NCBI GenBank assembly: GCA_965247095.1
Contig: OZ251997.1
Location: forward strand, 1,248,001-1,312,000
DNA: 64,000 nt
From: Candidatus Multivorans sp.
GTDB taxonomy: Bacteria > Acidobacteriota > Thermoanaerobaculia > Multivoradales > Multivoraceae
Direction: 5' to 3'
Below are positions 1 through 10,920 of this stretch, one piece after another (the stretch's first letter is position 1; the number at the start of each line of letters is the position of its first letter). The notes beneath the pieces were generated by a model that made no database searches, had not been told where the DNA came from, and saw only the letters and a program-made list of their open reading frames with translations. The translations under genes were made by a program, and so were the position numbers.

Positions 1-278
1 CCGGCGCGCACGACGAGGCGCAGAAAGGCTCGGTTCTCGGGCCGGCCGTTGCCGCGCACGTAGTAGCGGAGACCGTTCTCCAGTTGACCGGTCAGCACCG
101 CCGGATCCTGTGGCAGGACCTCGGTCAGCTCGTAAGTCCAGTCGCCGCCGGCTTCCTGCTGGGCGACAGCGACGCCGACCCCGAGCGAACACACCCAGGC
201 GGTGAGCAACGCAGCGTCCACCGCCACTCGGGACAAGCCCGGTCTGCGGGACATTGGAAGGACACTTCGCTCGATCAT
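1..278 (-). CDS. M16-family (PqqL-like) zinc peptidase, N-terminal part, runs off window edge
   Basis: Manual translation from ATG 278 (GAAGGGGAAG upstream): signal-like N-terminus, then LPQDPAVLTGQLENGLRYYVRGNGRPENRAFLRLVVRAG, typical of the PqqL/M16B N-terminus. Not in the ORF track. Confidence 0.8.
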   Translation of the reverse strand, partial: MIERSVLPMSRRPGLSRVAVDAALLTAWVCSLGVGVAVAQQEAGGDWTYELTEVLPQDPAVLTGQLENGLRYYVRGNGRPENRAFLRLVVRA

Positions 279-294
279 GGCTTCCCCTTCGTCA

Positions 295-1065
295 CTAGCT
301 GTTCCCTGCAACCGCGGACGCTCCCGATGAGGAACGGCCGCCCTCCACGCGCACTACGGCGTTGCTCGGCAGGGCCTCCACCAAGGCTTCCACCGCGAGG
401 TCCGCGGCGGAGCGGCTGCGGCTGTCCACCGTCAGCTTGACCCGATAGTCCCCGTCCATCACCGGATAGCTGCCGATCTCGACCTCGTTGTGAGCGGCGA
501 CAACGAGGTCGAGCATCTCGGCAATGTCCGTCTCGCGGCACAGCGTGTAGACGGCGCGGCTGTAGAACCGCCGGCCGGCCGCCAACCGGTCGCGCAGCAA
601 GGGCAGCTTCATGCGGAAGATCCGCGGCACCCCTGGCAGCACGTAGACGTTGTCCATCACCACGGAAGGCCATGGCACTTCCGGCGTGCTGACCAGGTCG
701 GCGCCCTCCGGCACGTCAGCCATTCGAAGGTGGCCCTCGGTGCAGCGTTCCCCCACCATCTCGCGGATCTTGGTCACCAGTTCCGGCGAGCGCACCAAGG
801 GCCGGTCGAAGGCGTCAGCCACCGCCCGCAGAGTGACATCGTCATGGGTCGGACCGACGCCGCCCGACGTGATCACATAGTCGAAACGGGCTCTGAGCCT
901 CTGAATGTCCGCCGCGATGCCGGCGATATCGTCCGGGCAGACGACCACCCGCCGCAACTCGATTCCCAGACCGAACAACTCCCGCGCCAGCAGGGTCAGG
1001 TTCGCCTCCTCGACCTTGCCGGTGAGGATTTCGTTCCCGATGATCAGCGCCGCCGCGGTGGGCAT
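295..1065 (-). CDS. CinA-like molybdopterin-binding-domain protein (COG1058-type pyrophosphatase)
   Basis: IIGNEILTGKVEEAN, TSGGVGPTHDDVT and VLPGVP motifs. Confidence 0.85.
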   Translation of the reverse strand: MPTAAALIIGNEILTGKVEEANLTLLARELFGLGIELRRVVVCPDDIAGIAADIQRLRARFDYVITSGGVGPTHDDVTLRAVADAFDRPLVRSPELVTKIREMVGERCTEGHLRMADVPEGADLVSTPEVPWPSVVMDNVYVLPGVPRIFRMKLPLLRDRLAAGRRFYSRAVYTLCRETDIAEMLDLVVAAHNEVEIGSYPVMDGDYRVKLTVDSRSRSAADLAVEALVEALPSNAVVRVEGGRSSSGASAVAGNS

Positions 1066-1092
1066 CGCGGTAGCTTACTCTTCACTCAGCAC

Positions 1093-1884
1093 TCATCGGC
1101 CGTCGAAACGGGGCGATCGCCGCTCGGTGAGGGCCTGCACGCCCTCGCGCGCATCGGCGGTGCCGAAGGTGATCTCCTGCTCCGCACTCTCGAGGTCGAG
1201 CGCCTCGTCGATCGTCCGCTCCAAGGTGCCGCGCACGGTCCGCTTGGTCGCCTTCACCGCCACCGGGCCGGCAGCCGAGATCTCCAGTGCCAAGTCCTCG
1301 ACGACCTGGTCGAAGTCCTCGTCCGCCTCGCGGCTGGCGATGCCCCACTCGACCGCAGTTGCGGCGTCGATCAGCCGGCCGCTGTAAAGGAGCTCGGCGG
1401 CGCGGGCGGGGCCGATCAGGCGCGGGAGCGTCCAGGTCGCGGCCATTCCCGGGTGGATTCCGAGGCGCACGAAGGTCATCCCCACCCGCGCGCCGGTCTT
1501 GATCACCCGCATGTCGCAGCCGAGCGCGAAGCACAGGCCGGCGCCGATCGCGTGGCCGTTGATCGCCGCGATCGACGGCGCCTCGAGGTCGCGGACCGAA
1601 AGGTAAAGACGGTAAAAGTTCGAGCCGCCGCCGAGGCCGGGTCCCGCGCCCGGATCCTCGCTGACCTCCTCCTGGATGGTCTTCAGGCTGCCGCCGGCGC
1701 TGAACGCGCGGCCGGCGCCGCGTACGATGACCACCCGGGTCTCGTCCCGGTCATTGATCAGCGGCACGGCGTCCCGGATCTCGGTGCCCATGGCCGACGT
1801 CATCGCGTTCAACTTCGACGGCACGTTGAGGGTCAACCGCGTGATCGGACCCTGGTGGTCCAGCAGGATGTGCTCGAAACTCAT
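1093..1884 (-). CDS. Enoyl-CoA hydratase/isomerase family protein
   Basis: RAFSAGG, IAAINGHAIGAG and CDMRV crotonase motifs; start placed at ATG 1884 behind GAAGGAGG. Confidence 0.9.
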   Translation of the reverse strand: MSFEHILLDHQGPITRLTLNVPSKLNAMTSAMGTEIRDAVPLINDRDETRVVIVRGAGRAFSAGGSLKTIQEEVSEDPGAGPGLGGGSNFYRLYLSVRDLEAPSIAAINGHAIGAGLCFALGCDMRVIKTGARVGMTFVRLGIHPGMAATWTLPRLIGPARAAELLYSGRLIDAATAVEWGIASREADEDFDQVVEDLALEISAAGPVAVKATKRTVRGTLERTIDEALDLESAEQEITFGTADAREGVQALTERRSPRFDGR

Positions 1885-1920
1885 GACACAGGTTCCTCCT
1901 TCGGCGATACAATGCGGCAC

Positions 1921-2487
1921 ATGCTAACGATCACCGAGCTGGCACAGAAGCAGGTCGCCGAAGCGATGAAGGACGAGGAGCGCGACGACCTCGCCCTCCG
2001 CATCTCGATCACCGGCCGCACCGGCGGCGGCTTCCGGTACCTGATGGACCTGGTCGGACTCGACGAAGCCCGACCCGGCGACGCGGTGGTGGAAACCGAC
2101 ACGTTCAAGGTCTACGTCGACTCCGAGAGCGCCCCGGACCTCGAGGGCACGACGATCGACTTCGTCACCCGCCTGTCCGAGAGCGGTTTCAAGTTCGAGA
2201 ACCCGAACTCGGCCTGGGGCGACTCGGTGGCGGCCGACGTCCAGCGCATCCTGGACGACCAGATCAATCCGCAGATCGCTGCCCACGGGGGCTTTGTCAC
2301 CCTGCTCGAGGTCAAGGACGAGACCGCGTTCATCACCATGGGCGGCGGCTGCCAGGGCTGCGGCATGGCCGATCTCACCCTGAAGCAGGGTGTCGAGCAG
2401 GCGATCCTGGATGCGGTGCCGACCGTCACACGCGTGCTCGACTCGACGGACCACGCGGCCGGCACAAACCCGTACTACGCGCCGTAG
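1921..2487 (+). CDS. nfuA: Fe-S biogenesis protein NfuA (degenerate A-type domain + NifU-C domain)
   Basis: INPQIAAHGG, MGGGCQGC, DSTDHAAGTNPYY; real start inside the long ORF 490..2487. Confidence 0.9.
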   Translation: MLTITELAQKQVAEAMKDEERDDLALRISITGRTGGGFRYLMDLVGLDEARPGDAVVETDTFKVYVDSESAPDLEGTTIDFVTRLSESGFKFENPNSAWGDSVAADVQRILDDQINPQIAAHGGFVTLLEVKDETAFITMGGGCQGCGMADLTLKQGVEQAILDAVPTVTRVLDSTDHAAGTNPYYAP

Positions 2488-2572
2488 GGCGCGGTCCGGG
2501 AGTCGGAACATCGGATCGGCGGCGCGGCCGGTTTCCGGTCGGGTGGCGAGAGTTCTTGCCGTCCGGAGGCAG

Positions 2573-3544
2573 TCAGATGGGTTCCATTTCGTCGACTCGC
2601 CGCAGGAACTCGCCCGCATCGCGGCAGGTGAATGCGAGCCGAATCACGCCTGCCGGATCGGACGAACCGTCGCAGCCGGCGAGCCATCGCTTCAGCGCGA
2701 CAGAAACCGGGATGCCGCGCGAAACGAACGCCTCGGTGACCGCCGCGCGGACGAGTTCGGCGGCGGCTTCCCTGCGCTCCTGGCGCAGGAACGGATCGTC
2801 GTCCGGCCCGGTGCCCTCGGCAGCGCCCAGCGCTCGGCCCACCCGGCGCAGGACGGAGACTGTCTCGGCTGACTCTTCCTGCTCGTTCAACGCGTGGTGG
2901 ATTTCCACGGCAGTCCATCCCGGGAAGGCGCGGCTCGTCGGCGCCGCGACGTATCGGTCACCCTCCCACAGGAAGATCGTCAGGCCCGAGCGCCGCCTGC
3001 CCCGCAACCAGGGAGGGTCCGGCACTTCCACCCACACTTCCGGCAGCCTCCAGGCCGCGTAGTCCTCCAGCTTGCCGCGGCGGCCGCCCCGGCCACGCCG
3101 GACATCGGTCGTGTAGTCCACCTCCAGCACGACATCCGGCAACGAATCGCTGTCCACCTCGATGTAGGGGCCGGCGGGCGCGTCTCGCTTGGGGTGAAGG
3201 TAGATCGTCGCGTCGGCCTGAAGGACCAACTCCCGGTGGCCAGCAGCGCTCCGGGCGACCAGGTCGGCCGAACCGGCCGAGAAGATCGCTGAACCGCGAA
3301 CATGAGCGATCGACCGGATCAACTGGACCAGCCGGCTTGCGCACGCGTCGTGCTGGACGCTCGGCTCCCGCAGCACCATCGCGATCTGCGTCCTCGCGTC
3401 CCAACACTCCACCCGGCGGCCGTCGCCCTCGTCGAACTCGGCGAGCGTCATGGGGACGGCGTCGCAGCCCAGGTACTCGCGGGGAGCAGACTGTGCGGCC
3501 GCACGACGGATTTCCGACAACCCCGAACCGCTCGCACCTTCCAT
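2573..3544 (-). CDS. Uma2/DUF820-family putative PD-(D/E)XK nuclease
   Basis: LQADATIY, LPDVVLEVDYTTD and KLEDYAAWRLPEVWV motifs; ATG 3544 has TAGGAT 7 nt upstream. Confidence 0.75.
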   Translation of the reverse strand: MEGASGSGLSEIRRAAAQSAPREYLGCDAVPMTLAEFDEGDGRRVECWDARTQIAMVLREPSVQHDACASRLVQLIRSIAHVRGSAIFSAGSADLVARSAAGHRELVLQADATIYLHPKRDAPAGPYIEVDSDSLPDVVLEVDYTTDVRRGRGGRRGKLEDYAAWRLPEVWVEVPDPPWLRGRRRSGLTIFLWEGDRYVAAPTSRAFPGWTAVEIHHALNEQEESAETVSVLRRVGRALGAAEGTGPDDDPFLRQERREAAAELVRAAVTEAFVSRGIPVSVALKRWLAGCDGSSDPAGVIRLAFTCRDAGEFLRRVDEMEPI

Positions 3545-3792
3545 GGTTCGGATCCTAACCGAGTCCAGCACCGAATCTGAGCACCGTCCCGGCAAGAGGC
3601 CCTCTCGGCAAGCATGGCCCTCGTTCCGTCCGGCCGAAGCCGGCAGCCGCCGGCTGAGCCGCTGACGCCCCGGCCGTATTGCCGATACCCCATCGTTGTG
3701 GAATAGTCCCTCACTGGTCGAGCGACGCGTTCCGATTCGCCATCGCTCGCCGGACTAGAGCTCGATCGCCGGAATAGAGCACGTCACAATCG

Positions 3793-5202
3793 ATGGGCAC
3801 GCACCGTTTCAGACGGGGACTGAGCCTGCCCATCTCGGGCGCTCCCGAGCAGACGGTCGCCGACGCCGCGGCGCCCGGGACGGTAGCGGTCACGGCCGCC
3901 GACTACCCCGGCATGAAGCCGGCGATGCACGTCTCGCCGGGCGACGCCGTACGGCGCGGACAACTCCTGTTCGAGGACCGCAAGCAGCCCGGTGTCCGCC
4001 TCACCTCGCCTGCCGCCGGCACGGTCGTGGCCGTGAACCGGGGCGCCAAGCGAGCCCTGATCTCGGTCGTGGTGCGGGTCGATCCCTCGGACCAGGCGGC
4101 ATCGGGCGGCGCCCAGGTCGACTTCGCGAACTACACCGGGCGTCACCCGAGCGCTCTGAGCCGCGAGGAAGTGCAGGCGCTGCTGGTCGAGTCCGGCGAC
4201 TGGACCGCCCTGCGGGCGCGCCCATTCGGGCGCACCGCCGCCCTCGGGTCGATGCCCAAGTCGATCTTCGTCACCGCGATGAACAGCGAACCCTTCGCCC
4301 CCGATGCGGACCGAATCGCCGAGGGACGCGCCGGCGACCTGGAACGCGGTCTGGCGGCCCTGGCCCGGCTGACTGACGGCCCGGTCTATCTCTGCCGCGC
4401 GCCGGGAACGCTGGCGGCCGTCGAGACGAGCGGCCAGGTGCGGATCGAGGAATTCGTCGGCCCCCACCCCGCCGGCGCTCCGGGCCTGCACATTCACACC
4501 CTGGATCCGGTCGACCGCAGCAAGCTCGTATGGCAGATCGGACTCCAGGACACCGTCGCGATCGGCCGGCTGTTCGCGACCGGGGAGTCCGACGTTGTGC
4601 GCATCGTCGCTCTCGCCGGCCCGCCGGTGCGCGCTCCGAGGCTGCTGCGCACGCGGCTCGGCGCCTCCCTCGCCGATCTTGTGCGGGCCGAGACGAGCAA
4701 CACGGGCGAAGCTGACGGCGACGTCGCAGCGCGTGTCATCAGCGGCTCGCCTCTCAGCGGCCGAACCGCGATCGGGAAGGGCGCGCCGGCCGACCTCCAC
4801 GGCTACCTGGGCCGCTTCCACGACACGGTCTCGGTGCTCGAGGACGACCACAGCCGCCGCTTTCTGGGCTGGCTGCAGCCCGGCTTCGGCGCTTTCTCGC
4901 GCGCCCGCGCCTTCGGCTCCACGCTGCTGCCTCGCCGGTCCTTCGCCATGACCACGACGACCTGGGGTTCACCGCGCGCCATCGTGCCGATCGGCCTCTA
5001 CGAGAGCGTCTTTCCTTGGGACTTGCAGCCGACCTTCCTGCTCAAGTCCCTGGTGGCCGGGGACATCGAGCGGGCCGAAGAACTCGGCTGCCTGGAGTTG
5101 CTGGAGGAGGATCTGGCGCTCTGCACCTTCGTGTGCCCCGGCAAGACCGAGTACGGCCCCTACCTGCGCGACGCGCTCGAACTGATCGAGAAGGAAGGTT
5201 AG
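3793..5202 (+). CDS. nqrA: Na+-translocating NADH:quinone reductase subunit A
   Basis: RRGLSLPISGAP N-terminus, GPHPAG, LGCLELLEEDLALCTFVCPGKTEYG...IEKEG; operon context. Confidence 0.95.
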   Translation: MGTHRFRRGLSLPISGAPEQTVADAAAPGTVAVTAADYPGMKPAMHVSPGDAVRRGQLLFEDRKQPGVRLTSPAAGTVVAVNRGAKRALISVVVRVDPSDQAASGGAQVDFANYTGRHPSALSREEVQALLVESGDWTALRARPFGRTAALGSMPKSIFVTAMNSEPFAPDADRIAEGRAGDLERGLAALARLTDGPVYLCRAPGTLAAVETSGQVRIEEFVGPHPAGAPGLHIHTLDPVDRSKLVWQIGLQDTVAIGRLFATGESDVVRIVALAGPPVRAPRLLRTRLGASLADLVRAETSNTGEADGDVAARVISGSPLSGRTAIGKGAPADLHGYLGRFHDTVSVLEDDHSRRFLGWLQPGFGAFSRARAFGSTLLPRRSFAMTTTTWGSPRAIVPIGLYESVFPWDLQPTFLLKSLVAGDIERAEELGCLELLEEDLALCTFVCPGKTEYGPYLRDALELIEKEG

Positions 5203-5218
5203 GGCCCTTCGGCTGGCA

Positions 5219-6475
5219 ATGAAGTTCCTGCGCAAAATCCTCGACCGTCAGGCCCGCCACTTCGAGCCGGGCGGCCGCTTCGAGCGCTTCTACCCCCTCT
5301 ACGAAGCGCCCGACACGTTTCTCTACACGCCCGGCAAGACGACCGCCGGCGCCGCCCACGTACGCGACGCGCTCGACCTGAAGCGCCTGATGATGACGGT
5401 CGTCGTCGCGCTGGCGCCGTGCGTGCTGATGGCCATGTTCAACACGGGACGCCAAATCCACCTGGCGATCGCGGGTGGCGCCACCCCCCTGCCCAACTGG
5501 CGCACCGACGCGATGGAGCTGCTGGGGCTGCCCTTTGATGCGAGCAGCGTGCTCGCCAACTCGGTTCACGGCGCGCTTTACTACCTGCCGGTCCTGATCG
5601 TGACCTTCGCCGTCGGCGGCGCGTGCGAAGGGCTGTTCGCGGTCGTCCGGCGCCACGACATCAACGAGGGCTTCCTGGTCACCGGCATGCTCTTTCCGCT
5701 GGTCCTGCCGCCGACGATCCCCCTTTGGCAGGTTGCGATCGGCATCGCCTTCGGCGTCGTCGTCGGCAAGGAGATCTTCGGCGGCACCGGCTACAACGTG
5801 CTGAACCCGGCGCTTACCGCGCGCGTCTTCCTGTTCTTCGCCTACCCGGTCCAGATCTCGGGCGATGCGGTGTGGATCGCGGCCGGCACTTCGGCCGACG
5901 GGTACAGCGGCGCCACCGCGCTCGGCGTCATCGCGGCGCATAAGGCTGAACCCGATTCGAGCGTCGCCGTGCTCGACGGGCTGGCCGCCATCAAGGACGA
6001 CGTATCGTGGATGCAGGCCTTCCTGGGCGACATTCCGGGTTCGTTGGGCGAGACGTCCACCGTCGCCTGCCTGATCGGCGCCGCCATCCTGATCGCCACC
6101 GGCATCGGCTCCTGGCGCATCATGGTTGCCGCCACCGCGGGATCCCTCGCCATCTCCCTGCTGCTGAACCTGGCCTCGTCGGCGACGAATCCGATGCTCT
6201 CCGTGCCCTTCCACTGGCACGTGGTGCTCGGCGGCTGGGCCTTCGGCATGGTCTTCATGGCCACCGATCCGGTCAGCGCGGCGCAAACGAACCGGGGCCG
6301 GTATATCTACGGTTTCCTGGTCGGCGTGCTGGCGATCCTGATCCGCACCGTGAACCCCGCCTTTCCGGAAGGCGTGATGCTCGGGATCCTGTTCATGAAC
6401 CTGTTCGCGCCCCTGATCGACCACTACGTCCTGAAGGCGAACATGAAGCGCCGTCAGGCGCGCTACGCACAATAG
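5219..6475 (+). CDS. nqrB: Na+-NQR subunit B
   Basis: HVRDALDLKRLM, KEIFGGTG, FMN motif SGAT, GSLGETS, FMATDPVS. Confidence 0.95.
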   Translation: MKFLRKILDRQARHFEPGGRFERFYPLYEAPDTFLYTPGKTTAGAAHVRDALDLKRLMMTVVVALAPCVLMAMFNTGRQIHLAIAGGATPLPNWRTDAMELLGLPFDASSVLANSVHGALYYLPVLIVTFAVGGACEGLFAVVRRHDINEGFLVTGMLFPLVLPPTIPLWQVAIGIAFGVVVGKEIFGGTGYNVLNPALTARVFLFFAYPVQISGDAVWIAAGTSADGYSGATALGVIAAHKAEPDSSVAVLDGLAAIKDDVSWMQAFLGDIPGSLGETSTVACLIGAAILIATGIGSWRIMVAATAGSLAISLLLNLASSATNPMLSVPFHWHVVLGGWAFGMVFMATDPVSAAQTNRGRYIYGFLVGVLAILIRTVNPAFPEGVMLGILFMNLFAPLIDHYVLKANMKRRQARYAQ

Positions 6476-6496
6476 ACTGGCTGGCGGAGCTTCCCG

Positions 6497-7279
6497 ATGC
6501 CCAACCGACAGGCCACCGGCTACACCCTTCTGTTCGCGACCGCGATCTGCATCGTCTCCGGTATCCTCGTTTCCTCGTCCGCGGTCACCCTCGAAGATCG
6601 CCAGAACGCGAACGCCGCTCTGTACAAGCAGAAGCGGGTGCTCGAAGCGGTGGGACTGCTCCAACCCGGCGAGTCGGTTACCGCGGAACAGGTGGCCGAG
6701 CGCTTCAAGCCGATCGAACCGGTGATCGTCGACCTCGCCTCGGGCGAACCGCAGGCCGACGCCGACGCGGCCACCTTCGACCAGCAGCGGCGGGCCCGCG
6801 ACCCGGCCACCAGCACCGAAGCGCCGACCAACCCGGCCAAGGTCAAGCGGGTCCCCGACCAGGCACTGCTCTACGAAGTGCGAGACGACGACGGCGAGCT
6901 CGAGATGGTCGTTCTGCCGATCGAGGGCCTCGGACTCTGGGGCACCCTCTACGGCTTTCTGGCGCTCGGCGCCGACACCACGACGGTGCGCGGCATCACC
7001 TACTACCAGCACAAGGAGACGCCGGGCCTGGGCGGCGAGGTCGACAACCCGCGCTGGAAGAACCTGTGGCCGGGGCGCCGGGCCTTCGACGACGACGGCT
7101 CGTTCCGGCTGGAGGTGATCAAGGGCCAGGCCGCCAGCGCGGAGCAGGATCCGTACCGCGTCGACGGTCTGAGCGGCGCCACGATCACGAGCCGGGGAGT
7201 AACGAACATGCTTGACTTCTGGCTCGGCGACAAGGGCTTCGAGCCCTACCTCGACCGGATCCGCGCGGAGGCGAACTGA
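6497..7279 (+). CDS. nqrC: Na+-NQR subunit C
   Basis: [29 protein letters not shown] motif. Confidence 0.95.
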   Translation: MPNRQATGYTLLFATAICIVSGILVSSSAVTLEDRQNANAALYKQKRVLEAVGLLQPGESVTAEQVAERFKPIEPVIVDLASGEPQADADAATFDQQRRARDPATSTEAPTNPAKVKRVPDQALLYEVRDDDGELEMVVLPIEGLGLWGTLYGFLALGADTTTVRGITYYQHKETPGLGGEVDNPRWKNLWPGRRAFDDDGSFRLEVIKGQAASAEQDPYRVDGLSGATITSRGVTNMLDFWLGDKGFEPYLDRIRAEAN

Positions 7280-7905
7280 TGGCGATCAAGAAGAGCGAAG
7301 CGGCGCTCGATCCGCTGTGGAACAACAACCCCATCGCACTCCAGGTGCTCGGCATCTGCTCGGCGCTGGCGGTGACCACGAAGATGGAAACCTCGCTGGT
7401 CATGTGCGCGGCCGTCATCTGCGTGCTGACCGTCTCCAATCTCACGATCAGCCTGCTCCGCCATCAGATCCCGAACAGCATCCGGATCATCGTCCAGTTG
7501 ACCGTGATCGCTTCGCTCGTCATCGTCACCGACCAGATCCTCAAGGCCTACGTGTTCGAGATCAGCAAGCAGCTCTCGGTGTTCGTCGGGCTGATCATCA
7601 CCAACTGCATCATCATGGGACGGGCTGAGGCGTTCGCGATGCAGAACCCGCCGTCCCTCGCGATCATGGACGGCATCGGCAACGGCCTCGGCTACAGCGC
7701 GGTGCTGATGGCCACTGCGGTGCTGAGGGAGCTGTTCGGCTCCGGGAAGCTGTACGGCGTCTCCATCCTGCCCACCGTCTCCGAGGGCGGCTGGTACCTG
7801 CCGAACGGCCTGATGCTGCTGTCGCCCGCCGCGTTCTTCATCATCGGCGGCATCATCTGGGCGCTCCGCGTCTGGAAGCCCGCACAGGTCGAGATGGACG
7901 GCTAG
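7279..7905 (+). CDS. nqrD: Na+-NQR subunit D
   Basis: [36 protein letters not shown]. Confidence 0.95.
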   Translation: MAIKKSEAALDPLWNNNPIALQVLGICSALAVTTKMETSLVMCAAVICVLTVSNLTISLLRHQIPNSIRIIVQLTVIASLVIVTDQILKAYVFEISKQLSVFVGLIITNCIIMGRAEAFAMQNPPSLAIMDGIGNGLGYSAVLMATAVLRELFGSGKLYGVSILPTVSEGGWYLPNGLMLLSPAAFFIIGGIIWALRVWKPAQVEMDG

Positions 7906-7920
7906 GGAGGACTCCGGACG

Positions 7921-8538
7921 ATGCTCGAGGACTACCTGAACCTGGCCGTGAAGGCCATCTTCGTCGAGAACATGGTATTGACCTTCTTCCTCGGCCTGTG
8001 CTCGTTTTTGGCCGTGTCGAAGAAGGTGGAGACCGCCGTCGGCCTGGGGCTGGCGGTGATCTTCGTGCTCACCGTCACCGTGCCGATCAACAACCTGATC
8101 CAGACCTACCTCCTGAACGAGGGCGCCCTGGCCTGGATCAGCCCCGAGTTGGCCGCCTACGACCTCACCTTCCTGAACCTCCTCTGCTTCATCGGGAGCA
8201 TCGCGGCGATGGTCCAGCTCGTGGAGATGACGACCGACCGCTTCTTCCCGGCGCTTCACGCCAGCCTGGGCATCTTCCTGCCCTTGATCGCGGTGAACTG
8301 CGCGATCCTGGGCGGCTCGCTGTTCATGGTCGAGCGTGACTACGACCTCGGCGAGAGCGTCGTGTTCGGCCTCGGCTCGGGCATCGGCTGGTTCCTTGCC
8401 ATCGTCGCCCTGGCGTCGATCCGCGAGCGCCTGCGCTACAGCAACGTGCCCCACGGACTGCGCGGCCTGGGCATGACCTTCATCGTCACCGGCCTGATGG
8501 CGTTCGGCTTCATGGCCTTCGGAGGCATCCAACTGTGA
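7921..8538 (+). CDS. nqrE: Na+-NQR subunit E
   Basis: [32 protein letters not shown]. Confidence 0.95.
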   Translation: MLEDYLNLAVKAIFVENMVLTFFLGLCSFLAVSKKVETAVGLGLAVIFVLTVTVPINNLIQTYLLNEGALAWISPELAAYDLTFLNLLCFIGSIAAMVQLVEMTTDRFFPALHASLGIFLPLIAVNCAILGGSLFMVERDYDLGESVVFGLGSGIGWFLAIVALASIRERLRYSNVPHGLRGLGMTFIVTGLMAFGFMAFGGIQL

Positions 8539-9755
8539 TCACCGAAGCCCTGCTCGGGGTGGTGATGTTCACGGTCGTCATCCTGGCTCTCGTTCTGATC
8601 CTGATGCAGGCCAAGGCCCGCCTGGTCGCCGGCGGCGAAGTGCAGATCCTGATCAACGACGAGAAGTCGCTGACCGCGACGACCGGCGGCACCCTCCTCA
8701 GCACCCTGGCCGAGCATCAGATCTTCATTCCGTCGGCTTGCGGAGGCCAGGGCACGTGCGGCGTCTGCACCGTCGACGTGCTCGACGGCGGCGGCGCGAT
8801 GTTGCCGACCGAGAAGACCCACATCAGCCGTCGCGAGGCCCGCGAGGGCTGCCGCCTGAGCTGTCAGGTGAAGATCAAGGAGGACATGAAGATCGCGGTC
8901 CCGGCCGAGGTCTTCGGGGTCAAGAAGTGGCAGTGCACCGTGCGCTCGAACGAGAACGTCGCCACCTTCATCAAGGAGCTGATCCTCGAGCTCCCGGCCG
9001 GCGAGGAGGTGCCCTTCCGGGCCGGCGGCTACATCCAGATCGAGTGCCCGCCGCACGAGGTGGACTACAGCACGTTCCAGATCGAGGACGAGTACCACGG
9101 GGACTGGGACCGCTTCAAGCTCTGGAATCTGGTGTCCAAGGTCGACGAGACCGTCATCCGCGCCTATTCGATGGCGAACTACCCGGAGGAAAAGGGCATC
9201 ATCATGCTGAACGTGCGGGTGGCGACGCCGCCGCCGCGCCAGATGGACCTGCCCCCGGGCCAGATGTCGTCCTACATCTTCGATCTGAAGCCGGGCGACG
9301 AGGTGACGATCGCGGGCCCCTTCGGCGAGTTCTTCGCCAAGGATACCGACGCCGAGATGGTCTTCGTCGGCGGCGGCGCCGGCATGGCGCCCATGCGCTC
9401 CCACATCTTCGACCAGTTCCAGCGCCTCCAAGCCAACCGCAAGGTGTCCTTCTGGTACGGCGCCCGCTCCTACCGCGAAGCCTTCTACACCGATCACTTC
9501 GACCGCATCGCGGCCGAGAACCCGAACTTCACTTGGCATCTCGCGCTCTCCGACCCGCTCGAGGAGGATCACTGGGAGGGCTACACCGGGTTCATCCACC
9601 AGGTCCTGTACGACAACTACCTGAAGGACCACCCCTGTCCGGAAGACGTCGAGTACTACCTCTGCGGACCGCCGCTGATGCTCCAGGCCTGCATGAAAAT
9701 GCTCGACGACCTGGGAGTCGAGCCTGAGAACATCGCCTTCGACGACTTCGGCTAG
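8535..9755 (+). CDS. nqrF: Na+-NQR subunit F (2Fe-2S/FAD)
   Basis: [32 protein letters not shown]-terminal FDDFG. Confidence 0.97.
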   Translation: MITEALLGVVMFTVVILALVLILMQAKARLVAGGEVQILINDEKSLTATTGGTLLSTLAEHQIFIPSACGGQGTCGVCTVDVLDGGGAMLPTEKTHISRREAREGCRLSCQVKIKEDMKIAVPAEVFGVKKWQCTVRSNENVATFIKELILELPAGEEVPFRAGGYIQIECPPHEVDYSTFQIEDEYHGDWDRFKLWNLVSKVDETVIRAYSMANYPEEKGIIMLNVRVATPPPRQMDLPPGQMSSYIFDLKPGDEVTIAGPFGEFFAKDTDAEMVFVGGGAGMAPMRSHIFDQFQRLQANRKVSFWYGARSYREAFYTDHFDRIAAENPNFTWHLALSDPLEEDHWEGYTGFIHQVLYDNYLKDHPCPEDVEYYLCGPPLMLQACMKMLDDLGVEPENIAFDDFG

Positions 9756-9861
9756 GAATCCGCGCGGCCGGGTTGAGGTCGTCGGTAACACCCGTCTGGC
9801 GCGGGTCCGGTGGGAGGGGTCCCGAAGGGGGAATCAGTCCAAGCGGGACGGCGGACGGAGT

Positions 9862-10908
9862 ATGCCGCTGCTACTAGTCCTTGCCGGCCTGGTCGTGGGC
9901 TGCGCGCAGGCGCCGAGCGAGGTCGTGCTGCAGGGGCCAACGATGGGCACGTCTTACCGCGTCCGGGTCCTGGCCGGTTCGGACAAGCGCGAAGCGATCC
10001 GAGCGCTCGTTGAAGAGAAGCTGGCCACGGTCGACCGAGAGATGTCGACCTACCGGGAGGACTCGGAGATCTCTCGTTTCAACCGGCTTTCGGCCGGCGA
10101 GTCGCTCGTGTTCTCCGAAGACACGTGGTCGGTCCTGGAACTTGCCTGGCGGGTGCGCGATGAGAGCGGTGGAGCGTTCGATCCGACGGTGGGGCCCCTG
10201 GTCGACGCCTGGGGCTTCGGCGCGCCGGGACGCGGCTTGTCGCCGACCCCTCCCGCCGATGACCATCTCACCGAGTTGCAACGGGCGGTGGGCGCTATCG
10301 AACTATCGCCGGCCGCTCGGCAGGCGACGAAGCTCGACAGTGCTGCGGCGCTCGATCTCTCGGCTGTTGCCAAGGGTTGGGCCACGGACCGGGTCTCCGA
10401 GGCCTTGGCGGCGGCCGGCTACACGAAGCACCTGGTCGAAGTCGGTGGCGAGGTGCGCACCGCCGGCTACAGCAGTTCCGGCGGTCCGTGGCGTATCGCC
10501 ATCGAGCGACCGCCCGCCAAGGTGGCGGAGCCAGAGAACGACGCTCCTGCCGAAGCGACGACGGAAACTACTCCGCCCCGTCTGCAGCAGGTGCTGGGGA
10601 TCACCGACGGCGCCCTGGCGACCTCGGGCGACTACCGGAATTACTGGGAGCGCGATGGGGTCCGCTACTCCCACACGATCGAACCCAGGACCGGCCGGCC
10701 GGTGGTCCACGCACTGGCGTCGGCGAGCGTGATCCACGAGCGCTGCGCGGTGGCGGACGCCTACGCCACCGCCCTGATGGTGCTCGGGCCTGAAGACGGT
10801 CTGCGCTGGGCGGACGAGAACGGCGTGGCGACGTTGCTGCTGGTTTACGGCGAGTCCGGCATCGAGGAGTTGACGAGCGCGGCCTTCCGCGAACGCTTCG
10901 GGAGCTAG
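9862..10908 (+). CDS. apbE: FAD:protein FMN transferase ApbE (lipoprotein)
   Basis: Lipobox LVVGC, TMGTSY, GAFDPTVGPL, DLSAVAKG, ATSGDYRN, ADAYATA. Confidence 0.93.
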   Translation: MPLLLVLAGLVVGCAQAPSEVVLQGPTMGTSYRVRVLAGSDKREAIRALVEEKLATVDREMSTYREDSEISRFNRLSAGESLVFSEDTWSVLELAWRVRDESGGAFDPTVGPLVDAWGFGAPGRGLSPTPPADDHLTELQRAVGAIELSPAARQATKLDSAAALDLSAVAKGWATDRVSEALAAAGYTKHLVEVGGEVRTAGYSSSGGPWRIAIERPPAKVAEPENDAPAEATTETTPPRLQQVLGITDGALATSGDYRNYWERDGVRYSHTIEPRTGRPVVHALASASVIHERCAVADAYATALMVLGPEDGLRWADENGVATLLLVYGESGIEELTSAAFRERFGS

Positions 10909-10920
10909 ACTCTCCGCGAG

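Noticed and set aside
490-2487. 665-aa ORF as a single nfuA fusion
   Set aside because: The first 477 codons are antisense to cinA and the enoyl-CoA hydratase; homology starts at ATG 1921.
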